Assembly: GCA_965243395.1 (NCBI GenBank)
Contig: CBDEUS010000002.1
Span: 107,444 to 171,443 of the forward strand
Length of the DNA stretch: 64,000 bases
Source: Gammaproteobacteria bacterium
GTDB lineage: Bacteria; Pseudomonadota; Gammaproteobacteria; UBA4575
Direction: 5' to 3'
Below, one piece after another: positions 47,586 to 56,973 of this stretch. Position numbers and translations under genes: made by a program. A model generated the notes under the pieces. The model was not told the origin of the DNA and did not search any database. It saw only the letters and a program-made list of their open reading frames with translations. How positions within the stretch are numbered: the stretch's first letter is position 1; each line of letters begins with the position of its first letter.

Positions 47586-48881
47586 ATGAAAAAAGTGCAA
47601 GGGTGGTGCAAAGTTCGCTACGAGGATTTTTTGGAGGATGACCATATGAGTAAACATCAAATCCACTTAACCAAACACGATGTACAAAACTATCCACGAC
47701 CCGAACAAGGAATGCTTCGATTGTGGGACAGCGAGATTGAAGGTTTGTATGTTTTAATTCCAGCTGCAGGAAAACGAACCGCATACTTTCGTTATCGCAT
47801 TCAAGGACGCCAACGTGATTTTCGCATTGGTCGCATCGATCGTCTGAGCTTGAAGGCAATACGTGATGAAGCCAAAAAGTGCGCCGCGAGAGTCGAGCTT
47901 GGCCAAGACATACAAGAAGCCAGAAATGCAGCTAAGCTTGCGCTACGTGAAGCCAAAAATAATCAAGGTGCGCCCAATCTCCAATTGTTTGGAGACTTCT
48001 ATCAACACTATTACATCGATTATGCAAAAGCGACACTGAAAGATTATCGAAAACGTCTACGAGCCATCGAATTTAACTTTTCACAATGGTTTGATAAACG
48101 TTTAGATGAAATCAATGTGCCGTTAGTGGCTAGTTGGCGTAATCACAAACTGGCAACACCTGTTACAGTAGGCAAAGGCGACAATCAAAAACAACGTGAA
48201 CGTACTACCGGCGCGATCAATCGACCGGTTGGCTATTTGAAAGCGCTACTCTCCGTTGCTTATGAAGAAGCGGAGCTTTTGGATCATCACCCTCTTGATC
48301 GACTCAAACCTTTGAAAGAACCTCGACACAAGCGTGATCGGTTCTTAACCAATGAAGAATTTAAACGTTTACGTAATAGTTTGCGCGGACGTGATGATTA
48401 TCTACCGGTTTTAATAGAACTGGGTATTAACACAGGTTTGCGTTTGAATGAGATGCTCACCTTAGAATGGGGATCAGTTGATTTACGTAATCAGACGCTG
48501 ACGGTGGAAAGTCATTACGCCAAAAGCAAACGCAAGCGAACCGTTCCACTCAATAATTCGATTACCGCAGTCATACGTGATTGGAAACTTCGTACTCAAC
48601 GCTTTGGTCCATGGGTATTCACCAATCCGAATACCGATAATCACTACGTCTCCATTTACCGCGCATGGAATACAGCGATGCAAGAAGCCGGCATTGAAAA
48701 CTTCGTGCGTCATGATTTACGCCGTACCTTTGGCAGTTGGCTCGCCGAACGCGGTGAGAGCATTTATGTGATTAAGAATTTACTCGGACACTCCAGTGTG
48801 AAAGTCACCGAAGAAAGTTATGCGTATCTACAAGACAAATCTCAACGCGATGCGGTAGAACGCCTTGAAGCGATCGCATAG
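47586..48881 (+). CDS. int: tyrosine recombinase, P4-type integrase
   Basis: 431 aa; C-terminal catalytic box HDLRRTFGSWLAERG...LLGHSSVKVTEESYAY (R, H-x-x-R, Y). Confidence 0.85.
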   Translation: MKKVQGWCKVRYEDFLEDDHMSKHQIHLTKHDVQNYPRPEQGMLRLWDSEIEGLYVLIPAAGKRTAYFRYRIQGRQRDFRIGRIDRLSLKAIRDEAKKCAARVELGQDIQEARNAAKLALREAKNNQGAPNLQLFGDFYQHYYIDYAKATLKDYRKRLRAIEFNFSQWFDKRLDEINVPLVASWRNHKLATPVTVGKGDNQKQRERTTGAINRPVGYLKALLSVAYEEAELLDHHPLDRLKPLKEPRHKRDRFLTNEEFKRLRNSLRGRDDYLPVLIELGINTGLRLNEMLTLEWGSVDLRNQTLTVESHYAKSKRKRTVPLNNSITAVIRDWKLRTQRFGPWVFTNPNTDNHYVSIYRAWNTAMQEAGIENFVRHDLRRTFGSWLAERGESIYVIKNLLGHSSVKVTEESYAYLQDKSQRDAVERLEAIA

Positions 48882-49194
48882 TACTGCATGGAATAGTGTC
48901 ATTCATGACATTAAAAACCTCGTTGTACCCGATGCGAAAGAGCTCGCCCATTTGCTCGTATCCGAAAAAGAAATCCCTGGCATCGTACGCCTGTGGCTTG
49001 GGATGTATATTCTTAGCCATCTTAAACCGGATGGAAAACTGCTTAGAAGACACCAACGAAATCTCGTTCGCGATATTTATCAAGAGGCAATTAAAAATAA
49101 TATGAAACGTAAAGATGCAATCGAGTTTATCAGTAAACAAATCCACAAAAGCCCAAAAACCATCGAGGGTTACATCGATTCTCCACGTGAGTGA
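48865..49194 (+). CDS. hypothetical small protein (uncertain)
   Basis: 109-aa + strand ORF just downstream of int; competes with a minus ORF 48805-49320. Confidence 0.3.
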   Translation: MKRSHSTAWNSVIHDIKNLVVPDAKELAHLLVSEKEIPGIVRLWLGMYILSHLKPDGKLLRRHQRNLVRDIYQEAIKNNMKRKDAIEFISKQIHKSPKTIEGYIDSPRE

Positions 49195-49393
49195 GGTGCA
49201 GAGCCCAAATCCTCGCCTCATATAAAACAATCCACTCGGTTTCTGACAGTTACGACAAAGATTTAACGAACAGTTATTTTTTCCACTGTTGTTCCACCTA
49301 AAACACCTGAGTTTTTTCAAAAAATTCCGGTTTTAACCATTATTAACCGTCGCTATGGTGCATGCTTCATAGATCGAACACGAAGGTATCAAC

Positions 49394-49660
49394 ATGGAAC
49401 AAATGAGTAAAATAATTGGTTCAATACAAAATGGTGAAATCTTCACTTCAGGAGAAGCCGCAAAGTATTTAGGCGTATCGTACGAAACTCTAAAACGTGC
49501 CCGCTATACCAGCAAACTCAATGGGCAACCTGCTCCCAAACACATGCGTCTCAACTATCGAACTGTGGTCTATCGTAAAACCAGTTTGGATGAATGGCTG
49601 AACTCACTAGAAGAATTTGAAACTGGCGCAGAGGCCAATACGGCTCTGTATGAGAAATAG
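49394..49660 (+). CDS. AlpA/excisionase-like HTH protein
   Basis: 88 aa; HTH FTSGEAAKYLGVSYETLKRARY; typical position downstream of a P4-type int. Confidence 0.55.
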   Translation: MEQMSKIIGSIQNGEIFTSGEAAKYLGVSYETLKRARYTSKLNGQPAPKHMRLNYRTVVYRKTSLDEWLNSLEEFETGAEANTALYEK

Positions 49661-50123
49661 AGAAAAACCATTTCGATTTAAATGGGCAGATGCAGTACGA
49701 AATTCAGACTTACCCGCTACAACAAAACACGTGTTATTAGCGCTATCGACTTATATGAAGAATACAGGAACAGACTGTTGGCCTTCTTATCAAAGGATTG
49801 CCAAAGATACGAGTCGCAACCGAACCACAGTAATTAAGCATATACAAAATGCGGTGAATTTAGGTTGGATAGTCAAAAAAGTCAGGCACGATGTTCATGG
49901 TGATCATACAAGTAATGTGTATCTACCCAGAATTCCTAACAGTAGTCTTACTAAACAACTACCTGGTTGCAAACAACAACAACCTTGGTCAAAACTAAAT
50001 GGGACAGTAGTAGCAGCAGCCGACTCTAACAATACAATTAACCATATAACTAACAAGACGAATACGGTTATTAATGTAGAAGAATCAAGAAAACAAGTGC
50101 GTGAACTCGTAGGCTTAAAGTAA
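49617..50123 (+). CDS. phage/plasmid replication-associated HTH protein (HTH_36-like)
   Basis: TTKHVLLALSTYMKNTGTDCWPSYQRIAKDTSRNRTTVIKHIQNAVNLGWI. Confidence 0.5.
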   Translation: MKLAQRPIRLCMRNREKPFRFKWADAVRNSDLPATTKHVLLALSTYMKNTGTDCWPSYQRIAKDTSRNRTTVIKHIQNAVNLGWIVKKVRHDVHGDHTSNVYLPRIPNSSLTKQLPGCKQQQPWSKLNGTVVAAADSNNTINHITNKTNTVINVEESRKQVRELVGLK

Positions 50124-50137
50124 CAGGAATTTCAAAG

Positions 50138-50365
50138 ATGGATGATGGTTATGTACATATTTCAGTAGTTGAACATTTAGTATCGTTAGGCTTCGATGAT
50201 GTGACAATGTGCAGCTTAAATGAGAAGCAGCTAAAAGCGATGGAAACATTAGCAAAAGAAGCAGGTATCAAGATACTCGATGAAAATCCAGAAGAGTATT
50301 TAAAAATTAATAATTATTCCCCACATTTCAAATTGATTAAGGGCGGCGGGAAAGGGAGACAATGA
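50138..50365 (+). CDS. hypothetical small protein
   Basis: 75-aa ORF following the replication-HTH gene. Confidence 0.35.
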   Translation: MDDGYVHISVVEHLVSLGFDDVTMCSLNEKQLKAMETLAKEAGIKILDENPEEYLKINNYSPHFKLIKGGGKGRQ

Positions 50366-50396
50366 CTTAAATTAATTACTAAATTAGAAAGCCAAA

Positions 50397-51155
50397 TTAT
50401 TCAGAAAAAAATTCTTTTATAATATATTCACTACCTGAAATTATATTTTCATATAAAGCAAATGAAAAACTTAATAAACTTAATAATAATAATATCAAAA
50501 TCACTATCCTAACTGGCTTTCGTATAGTCGAGTACCTCCCAAATACCTCCCAAAATAATTCACGCTCAACCTCTTTAGTCTGTTCTATATCAAGCTCATT
50601 ATCTGAATTTAATATAGGCATGCCTAAAGAATAAATTTTACTTTTGTACTCAAAATATAGTACTGATTGATTTTCTTGAACATTAACTAATGGTATATCA
50701 GAAGCCTTAATGCCAAAATTTGATAATTCAGACTTACTTAGCTCTTTTATATATCCTTTTGTTTTTATTCTTTCAAAAAATTTTGGGAGCTCACTTTTTG
50801 CTTTCACAATATCTAATGAAATCCATGCAATCCAGCGTGGAGCATGTTTGTGAGACTTATAATCTGAAAATGATGAGTATGTCTTGATAAATTTTGGGCA
50901 AAATATCATATAAAGTATATATGCAATGACAAAAAACAAGGATGCAGCCCAAAGATATTGCCATGTAAATGGAAGTTGAAAATTTATAGTTAACGAAGAA
51001 TTTTCATTAACTTTGAATATAACTTGCTCGGGAACATTTTCTAATATTTTTGCAATTGCAGGTACAATTGCAAACCAAGCCACAAGATAGCGAAATACAG
51101 TTATATTAAATTTTTCGTTATACCATTGCCAATGAGAATATACATTATTCAACAT
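50397..51155 (-). CDS. hypothetical membrane protein (partner of radical-SAM gene)
   Basis: 252 aa; TMs at N-terminus, middle and C-terminus; start overlaps the radical-SAM stop by 7 nt. Confidence 0.45.
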   Translation of the reverse strand: MLNNVYSHWQWYNEKFNITVFRYLVAWFAIVPAIAKILENVPEQVIFKVNENSSLTINFQLPFTWQYLWAASLFFVIAYILYMIFCPKFIKTYSSFSDYKSHKHAPRWIAWISLDIVKAKSELPKFFERIKTKGYIKELSKSELSNFGIKASDIPLVNVQENQSVLYFEYKSKIYSLGMPILNSDNELDIEQTKEVERELFWEVFGRYSTIRKPVRIVILILLLLSLLSFSFALYENIISGSEYIIKEFFSE

Positions 51156-52375
51156 TTCACTTTATCCCACTTATAAATTTTCCTTCCGGATTTATCTTTA
51201 TCACCATTAAAGTATACTCCATAAAAAGTTGTTGGGTTAAATGGTGAATCCAGATTTTGCCAACGATGAAGCAAATAATCCTCAACAGTATTATGTGCAT
51301 TATTTCTTTTTGGTAATCGAGAATTTGAATTTAAGTGTTTATCAATTGATCCAGCTGGTTTCCAATATTTTTGGATTCGATCGTATGTAATATTTTCAAA
51401 TCCAGATTTTTTAACCGCATGACTTATTTGATACTTATTCCAATTTTCAAATCCATCAAATTGATCTACTCCACTACAACAACAGTTTGTGTCTGACATA
51501 TATTGAAGCTCATTATCAGCAGCACCAAATGTTATCCCAAATTTATTAGAAGCTGATTTAACTTCTTTTAGTCGTTCAATCTTATATTCAGGAGGTAGCA
51601 CATATTCTCTACCATCACGATTGGCTTTAGATAATTTATAATGATTATTTATATCAAAATCTAACTTAAGCGATAGGCGTCGCCATAACTCATTATTTTT
51701 TTCAATTGGTAGTTTCAAGTGTTCTAAACCGAGATGCTTTATCCCACTTGCAGCAATTGCGCTTACAAACTTGCTTGGATCTTCACTTACATTTGGTATA
51801 TATGGTTGCCATCTAACAGTTGTATTAATACCATTTCGCGATAGCTTACTTATTGCTTTTAATTTTTCTGAGGATGTAGGCGCATGTGGTTCAGAATAAT
51901 TAGAAATCTCATTTATTGCACTAGAGAAAGAATACTGAACAACTAAATGTGGATTAGATTTTAGAACATCTAAATATTCTTTTTCAGCAACTAGCGGTGA
52001 TTTTGTACTTATTACTACAGGATAATTTATCTCACATAAATATTTTAAAATCGCTAATGACACCCCACTTTTTTTCTCTGCAGGTTGAAATGGATCACTC
52101 ATACCTCCGAAATGTAGCGGAAGTCGATGTCTTATAGCTTCTGAAACAATACCTGTGGCCGTATCCGGATGTTTTATCGCAAATTTAAATCTTTTAATAA
52201 TTTTTTCAGGATCTGCAATTTTTAATTTTTTAGATGAAGTATTTCCCCCTCGAAGTCTGGCAAAACAGTAGCTACAGTTAAAATTACATCCCGAATATGT
52301 ATCAAGCCTAAAAGGTAAACCACAAAAACTGAATTGGCTAGTGATTCCAATTGGCGTCGTATATTCTATTGTCAT
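51149..52375 (-). CDS. radical SAM protein, spore-photoproduct-lyase-like (COG1533-type)
   Basis: CNFNCSYC = Cx3Cx2C near N-terminus; 408 aa. Confidence 0.65.
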   Translation of the reverse strand: MTIEYTTPIGITSQFSFCGLPFRLDTYSGCNFNCSYCFARLRGGNTSSKKLKIADPEKIIKRFKFAIKHPDTATGIVSEAIRHRLPLHFGGMSDPFQPAEKKSGVSLAILKYLCEINYPVVISTKSPLVAEKEYLDVLKSNPHLVVQYSFSSAINEISNYSEPHAPTSSEKLKAISKLSRNGINTTVRWQPYIPNVSEDPSKFVSAIAASGIKHLGLEHLKLPIEKNNELWRRLSLKLDFDINNHYKLSKANRDGREYVLPPEYKIERLKEVKSASNKFGITFGAADNELQYMSDTNCCCSGVDQFDGFENWNKYQISHAVKKSGFENITYDRIQKYWKPAGSIDKHLNSNSRLPKRNNAHNTVEDYLLHRWQNLDSPFNPTTFYGVYFNGDKDKSGRKIYKWDKVKC

Positions 52376-52592
52376 TCCTGTGGCTATAAATTAAGAATAA
52401 ATACAGGGTTGTCACATAGTATATTCCGATCAATATCGAAAAAACTCTGGATAGTATCTGCCTAATTCAATTTGTTAAAATTCAGAGTCGTGAATATGAG
52501 AAATCTCCCTGAGTGCAGTGAACCGCTTATCTGCCTAACTTGAAAAATTGTGAAATCTTGGCATAAAAAAGAGGTTTATTTGATATAATTAA

Positions 52593-52667
52593 TGGAGGCC
52601 AGGGTCGGAGTTGAACCGACGTATTACACCTTGCTGGGGGTATGCATCACCACTCTGCCACCTGGCC
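52593..52667 (-). pseudogene. degenerate tRNA-like gene (Cys-like: anticodon GCA, U73) with broken anticodon stem and A33
   Basis: acceptor GGCCAGG/CCTGGCC, T-arm GTCGG-AGTTGAA-CCGAC, D-arm GCA-TCACCACTC-TGC; no 5-bp anticodon stem; loop CAGCAAG lacks U33; overlaps the ImmA stop by 21 nt. Confidence 0.4.
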
Positions 52668-53270
52668 TTTTAAGCTCACTCTTTGCAAATTTGCTAAAAT
52701 CTTCATTGCTTCGATTAAGGAGCAATCGTAAATTCTCATAATTTTTTCTTTATCTCTTTCGTCTCCAAGTAATCTTGAATCTAATAAAAACGCATCTCTA
52801 AATAAATCTGCTTGGCACTCGGAATCAGTATGTCTATCTACTGATTGAAATTCATCAGTTAAGTTTAGGTACTTGGATTTGTGATTACAGAAATAATGTC
52901 CAAGTTCGTGTGTAATTACTTGGAGAGCATCAAAAGAATATGATTCAGCAGCTGCCCAGATGCTTTCTCTAAACTGAAAAAAATTGGATGGATTATCTGT
53001 ATTATCTTTAGGACAAAATCTAGCTGGCCCGAAGTCCAATAAATCATCCTCAAGCAATTCAAAGTATGGATAATTGTTATCTGGGCTATGCTTAATACTA
53101 AAATATGTAATTAATTTTGTTGGATCTGCAAGATTTTTATTATTATTTCTAACAAATCCATATTCCAAACAGTAGTCTATAGCCTGATGTGCGATAGAAA
53201 CAATCTCATCATCTGATTTATACGGTACTTTGCAACCATAATTTCTTGTATCACGTAGAGTACTCATCAA
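52647..53270 (-). CDS. ImmA/IrrE-family metallopeptidase
   Basis: HExxH in THELGHYFCNH; 207 aa; overlaps the upstream XRE gene. Confidence 0.7.
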   Translation of the reverse strand: MMSTLRDTRNYGCKVPYKSDDEIVSIAHQAIDYCLEYGFVRNNNKNLADPTKLITYFSIKHSPDNNYPYFELLEDDLLDFGPARFCPKDNTDNPSNFFQFRESIWAAAESYSFDALQVITHELGHYFCNHKSKYLNLTDEFQSVDRHTDSECQADLFRDAFLLDSRLLGDERDKEKIMRIYDCSLIEAMKILANLQRVSLKGQVAEW

Positions 53271-53610
53271 GAATAGCCTTTATTCTTTTTTTGTCCTCAA
53301 CAGAAAGTTTTTTAAATCTTTGATGAAATGAATGAGTTAAAGCCCTCTCATCCAAACTATAATCATCAAGGTTAAGTTTTAATTGATTAATTGATAATTC
53401 CGCCCACTCATTCCATTGTTTTTTTGTAATCCCAAGGTTTTTAAAGAATTTGTAAGTCTTATTAATTATGTCTGTAGAAATTGGTTTCTTGCCATTCTCA
53501 ACCGCTGATAAATAACTAAGTTTGATACCCAAATACTCAGCCATTTCTGTCATGGTTACACCTTTATCTGTTCTGGCAATTCTGGCTTCTCTACCAAATT
53601 TTGTAATCAT
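53251..53610 (-). CDS. XRE-family HTH transcriptional regulator
   Basis: MTEMAEYLGIKLSYLSAVENGKKPIS; classic XRE-ImmA pair. Confidence 0.7.
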   Translation of the reverse strand: MITKFGREARIARTDKGVTMTEMAEYLGIKLSYLSAVENGKKPISTDIINKTYKFFKNLGITKKQWNEWAELSINQLKLNLDDYSLDERALTHSFHQRFKKLSVEDKKRIKAILDEYST

Positions 53611-53721
53611 ATTAAAATCACTCCAATATAATCTATTCGGGTTAAAATATTAACCTATATAGGTTAACTTTTCAAGACTAGGCAGAAGTAATTTAATGAC
53701 CATGTAATTGCTTGTTTTTGA

Positions 53722-53752
53722 AGGTGGAACCGGTAGAACTCGAATCTACGGT
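53722..53752 (-). repeat. tRNA 3'-end fragment (T-arm + acceptor strand only)
   Basis: GGAACCG then GTAGA-ACTCGAA-TCTAC; no foldable anticodon or D arm follows. Confidence 0.4.
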
Positions 53753-53822
53753 CAAAGGATTGTGTGGTTTCTTATTTTGTAAGAATTGAGGATATTTGAA
53801 TCAAGTTGGATCCTGATGATCA

Positions 53823-54413
53823 TTAATCATTAAATCCGACTATAAATGAGATGCTATACATATCATTCCCTTCCGCATCGGTAATGATAGTGATGTTTTC
53901 TTGGGTAAGTATTTGATGCTCTTTTGGAATGTATTCTTGTTCAAGTACGGGACGCACTAATTTTAACAAAGACCGAGGTGATAACGACTCAATATCAATT
54001 ACTGAGAAAAATAAGGTAATGGCTGTCATCCCATCTTGCCACCATAATTCCAACCGGTAAGGTCTCTGGTTTTCTAACATACCGGATTTAGCACCAAGAT
54101 CCCCTTCACGTAATTGAGAATCATTACAATATTGATTAGGTATAAATTTAGATCGATTAGGTACTGGATACTTTGAAGTAGATTCAGAGTAACTACAATT
54201 ATGTGCAAAAGATCTAGAACCAATTTTCATGCGCTCTTTTTGTTGATCTTCTTGCCACCAAAAATATCCTATTATTCCACCCAGCATGAGGACAAGTGCG
54301 TTACCAGTGGTCAGTCCATGATCTAACACATAAACGGTTCCTAATATCAGAGCTGAAAGCCCGATAAGGTAAACGATCGTTTTGCCTGTATTTTTAATGG
54401 CCTTTAATTGCAT
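53823..54413 (-). CDS. hypothetical membrane protein
   Basis: 196 aa, two N-terminal TMs. Confidence 0.45.
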   Translation of the reverse strand: MQLKAIKNTGKTIVYLIGLSALILGTVYVLDHGLTTGNALVLMLGGIIGYFWWQEDQQKERMKIGSRSFAHNCSYSESTSKYPVPNRSKFIPNQYCNDSQLREGDLGAKSGMLENQRPYRLELWWQDGMTAITLFFSVIDIESLSPRSLLKLVRPVLEQEYIPKEHQILTQENITIITDAEGNDMYSISFIVGFND

Positions 54414-54469
54414 TCTTGTTTCATGAGTATATAGGTTTTACTTACTGTAGACTATAGTCCGTAGACTAT

Positions 54470-54733
54470 ATGTCACATCTGGATAAGGTCTATCACATGA
54501 TAGACCAACGGATTCTGCAAGATTGTTTTGGAGATGTGCTCCGAGAAGCTAGATTGCGTGCATCCTTATCACAAGAAGCCTTAGCGATGGAATGCGAGCT
54601 AGATCGTACTTTTATTTCAATGTTAGAGCGAGGTCAAAGACAGCCTTCACTCTCAACAATTTTTGCTCTATCTGATGCCCTTGGTATTAGACCCTCTACT
54701 CTATTGAAAAAAGTAGAAACTGCAACTGAGTAG
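54470..54733 (+). CDS. XRE-family HTH transcriptional regulator
   Basis: LSQEALAMECELDRTFISMLERGQRQPSLSTIFALSDALGIRPSTLL. Confidence 0.6.
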   Translation: MSHLDKVYHMIDQRILQDCFGDVLREARLRASLSQEALAMECELDRTFISMLERGQRQPSLSTIFALSDALGIRPSTLLKKVETATE

Positions 54734-54972
54734 AGGATATGTATACTGAATGTCGCTCTAAAAATTGGAGCAACTATCAAATAGTTAATTAATAGTTGAT
54801 ATATACATAATTGATTTCCACCTAATTTCCATCAAATAAACTTCAATAATTCAGTTTATTTTAAACCCTTCTTCAGTATGCTTTCAGCTAGTCTTCAGCA
54901 CGAAAAACTAGTCAAAAACCTCCCCGCAGTAACCTATTTATTTAATATAGAAATGCGGACAATCAAACCTCA

Positions 54973-54996
54973 ATGCTTCAATATCCGCTTTCAGCC
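54973..54996. repeat. intergenic imperfect-palindrome repeat, copy 1
   Basis: ATCCGCT-TTCAGCCAAT-AGCGGAT; a related half-site TGCGGACAAT lies 20 nt upstream. Confidence 0.55.
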
Positions 54997-55027
54997 AATA
55001 GCGGATAAAAATATAATTACCTGGCGA

Positions 55028-55702
55028 TTAATCCCAATTAACAAACTTTTTATGAGAAAAAAACAAAATATTAATAATCCAATACAAAATAACTATCAGT
55101 ACCAACATTGTCGGAATACCAACAATGTAAAATACTTGCTCTATTGGCATTTCTTTAACGTTAGAACCTTGCATTTTTATAATCTTATCCGTGAATGCTA
55201 ATAGGGCCCAAATCAGAGAAAATCCGATTCGCCATACATGTCTAATTATGCGTTGATTTCCTGATAAGCCTGATAGATATAAATTTCGGATATCTCCAAT
55301 TGCACAAAGAAAGGCAAAGCCTGCCCAAAAAAGATAAACACTTGGAACATTTACATCACGCCAACCAGCACTTACAAAAAGTGCAGCTATAGCAAAGATA
55401 ACAATCCATGCTAGAGCCACATATTCCATGAAGCCAGTTTCATATTTTTTATGCTTCGCTGTTAGCCATGCAGTGAATACTGTATAGATCACAACAGCAC
55501 TTAAAAACATGTCATCTGTGGATTCTTTTAAATGTGCGGCTACGAATCCTGAAACTAGCATGATGGTCATTGAAACAGTGAACCAATTACCAGCTTTCCG
55601 ATGACTAATGCCTCCTTTGATTACGAACAAGGCAACAACAGCAGTAATGAGTCCAATGGCTCCTGTAGGAGTATGAATCATCCAAACTACTATTTCTTTC
55701 AT
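55028..55702 (-). CDS. hypothetical polytopic membrane protein
   Basis: 224 aa, ~6 TMs. Confidence 0.5.
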   Translation of the reverse strand: MKEIVVWMIHTPTGAIGLITAVVALFVIKGGISHRKAGNWFTVSMTIMLVSGFVAAHLKESTDDMFLSAVVIYTVFTAWLTAKHKKYETGFMEYVALAWIVIFAIAALFVSAGWRDVNVPSVYLFWAGFAFLCAIGDIRNLYLSGLSGNQRIIRHVWRIGFSLIWALLAFTDKIIKMQGSNVKEMPIEQVFYIVGIPTMLVLIVILYWIINILFFSHKKFVNWD

Positions 55703-55769
55703 TTAATTATTCTCTATCTGTTGAACTATTAAATAAAATGAATGACCGCTTTGGCTCGTTAGCAGTCAT

Positions 55770-55799
55770 TTTGAACGTTTGTTTTCAAGCTTCCAACCA
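55770..55799. repeat. intergenic imperfect-palindrome repeat, copy 2
   Basis: AATGACCGCT-TTGGCTCGTT-AGCAGTCATT. Confidence 0.55.
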
Positions 55800-55824
55800 A
55801 ACTTCCCTTAAATTAATCTAAATT

Positions 55825-55852
55825 ATGTCCGCTTTCGGCCAATAGCGGACAT
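55825..55852. repeat. intergenic imperfect-palindrome repeat, copy 3 (25 bp right of copy 2)
   Basis: ATGTCCGCT-TTCGGCCAAT-AGCGGACAT; 9-bp perfect arms, 10-nt spacer. Confidence 0.6.
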
Positions 55853-55859
55853 TCATGAA

Positions 55860-56429
55860 CTAACCTTTTTCAAATAAATATTCATAGTTATTTCCATCAT
55901 CTTCTGATTCATGGATTAGTTCCCAGCCTGCATTATTAGCTAGTTCATTATATGCAGCCGAACCTAGGGAATAATATTTAAAAGAAATACCATTCATCTC
56001 ACCTATTGTTGTGTTTTTTTCCTTCGCAGACGTAAACAGAAATCGTCCACCACTAGCTACTGAATTAAAAACATTGTTTAGAACTTCTATCTGATCATCA
56101 GGATTGAGATGAAATAGTGCACCCCAACAAAGAACACCATCAATTGTAGTCTTAGGAAAAACATAATCTTGTAGACGTGAGTGGATTACAGCTGAGTTAG
56201 TAAAGTTTGATTTAAAAGATTCAACCATTAACCTTGAACTATCAACACCAAGTATATTCATCCCCATCTGTTTTATTGTATTGGCAAGCGGTAATCCTGT
56301 ACCGCAACCTAAATCAACAATAGTTGAACCTGGCTTTAAATTTTTGAATGCTAACTTAACAGAATCAACTCCCACGTCGTCATTCCTAGATTTAAGATAC
56401 CAGTCAAATATTTGATCGTATTCTTTCAA
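55860..56429 (-). CDS. class I SAM-dependent methyltransferase
   Basis: motif I VDLGCGTGL; 189 aa. Confidence 0.7.
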   Translation of the reverse strand: MKEYDQIFDWYLKSRNDDVGVDSVKLAFKNLKPGSTIVDLGCGTGLPLANTIKQMGMNILGVDSSRLMVESFKSNFTNSAVIHSRLQDYVFPKTTIDGVLCWGALFHLNPDDQIEVLNNVFNSVASGGRFLFTSAKEKNTTIGEMNGISFKYYSLGSAAYNELANNAGWELIHESEDDGNNYEYLFEKG

Positions 56430-56470
56430 GATTGTTAAATTGGTTTTTATCTGTTTTGGATCGTTTCAGT

Positions 56471-56932
56471 CTAATTTATCTTGTATTCTTTTTCCCAGTT
56501 ATCTAACTCAGCAAGTGTTAGTTCAATCATACGATCAGGGTTATTTCTCAGCAGCTTTAGTTTTTCTTTCGGTATATACACCAAATCATCTAAGTGCCTG
56601 CTAGACCATCGAACAAGATGAGTAAGGGTATGAACCAAGTCCTTACCGCTTTGAGTTAAATAATAAAGTTTACGGGTTCCATATTCAGGATGCGGTATCA
56701 CATCAATCAACTCATACTCAAGCAATCGATCTAGTCGGTTGCTCAGAATATTAGTGGAAATACCTTCCTCAGCGTCAAGTAGCTCTTTGTACTCATGTCG
56801 ATTGAAAAACAGTAGATCACGGATGATAAGAAGCGTCCATTTATCGCCAAGGACATCTAAGGCACACGCCACTGGACATTTCGTACGTTCACAGTGCAGT
56901 TGCTTAGGTGATGCCATATATATTACTTGCAA
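56471..56932 (-). CDS. HxlR-family winged-helix transcriptional regulator
   Basis: CPVACALDVLGDKWTLLIIRDLLFFNRHEYKEL. Confidence 0.65.
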   Translation of the reverse strand: MQVIYMASPKQLHCERTKCPVACALDVLGDKWTLLIIRDLLFFNRHEYKELLDAEEGISTNILSNRLDRLLEYELIDVIPHPEYGTRKLYYLTQSGKDLVHTLTHLVRWSSRHLDDLVYIPKEKLKLLRNNPDRMIELTLAELDNWEKEYKIN

Positions 56933-56973
56933 AATAAAAGTGATGTGTCTATAGTTTCATATCCACTTCCATT

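Noticed and set aside
48805-49320. Minus-strand 171-aa ORF overlapping the integrase 3' end and the downstream plus-strand ORF
   Set aside because: Overlaps the well-supported integrase C-terminus by ~75 nt and has no recognisable features. The plus-strand arrangement (int then a small gene) is the usual island layout, though neither small ORF is certain.
54878-55201. Plus-strand 107-aa ORF across the copy-1 repeat
   Set aside because: Spans an intergenic palindromic repeat and then runs antisense into the 55028-55702 membrane-protein gene; low-complexity N/Q/Y-rich translation.
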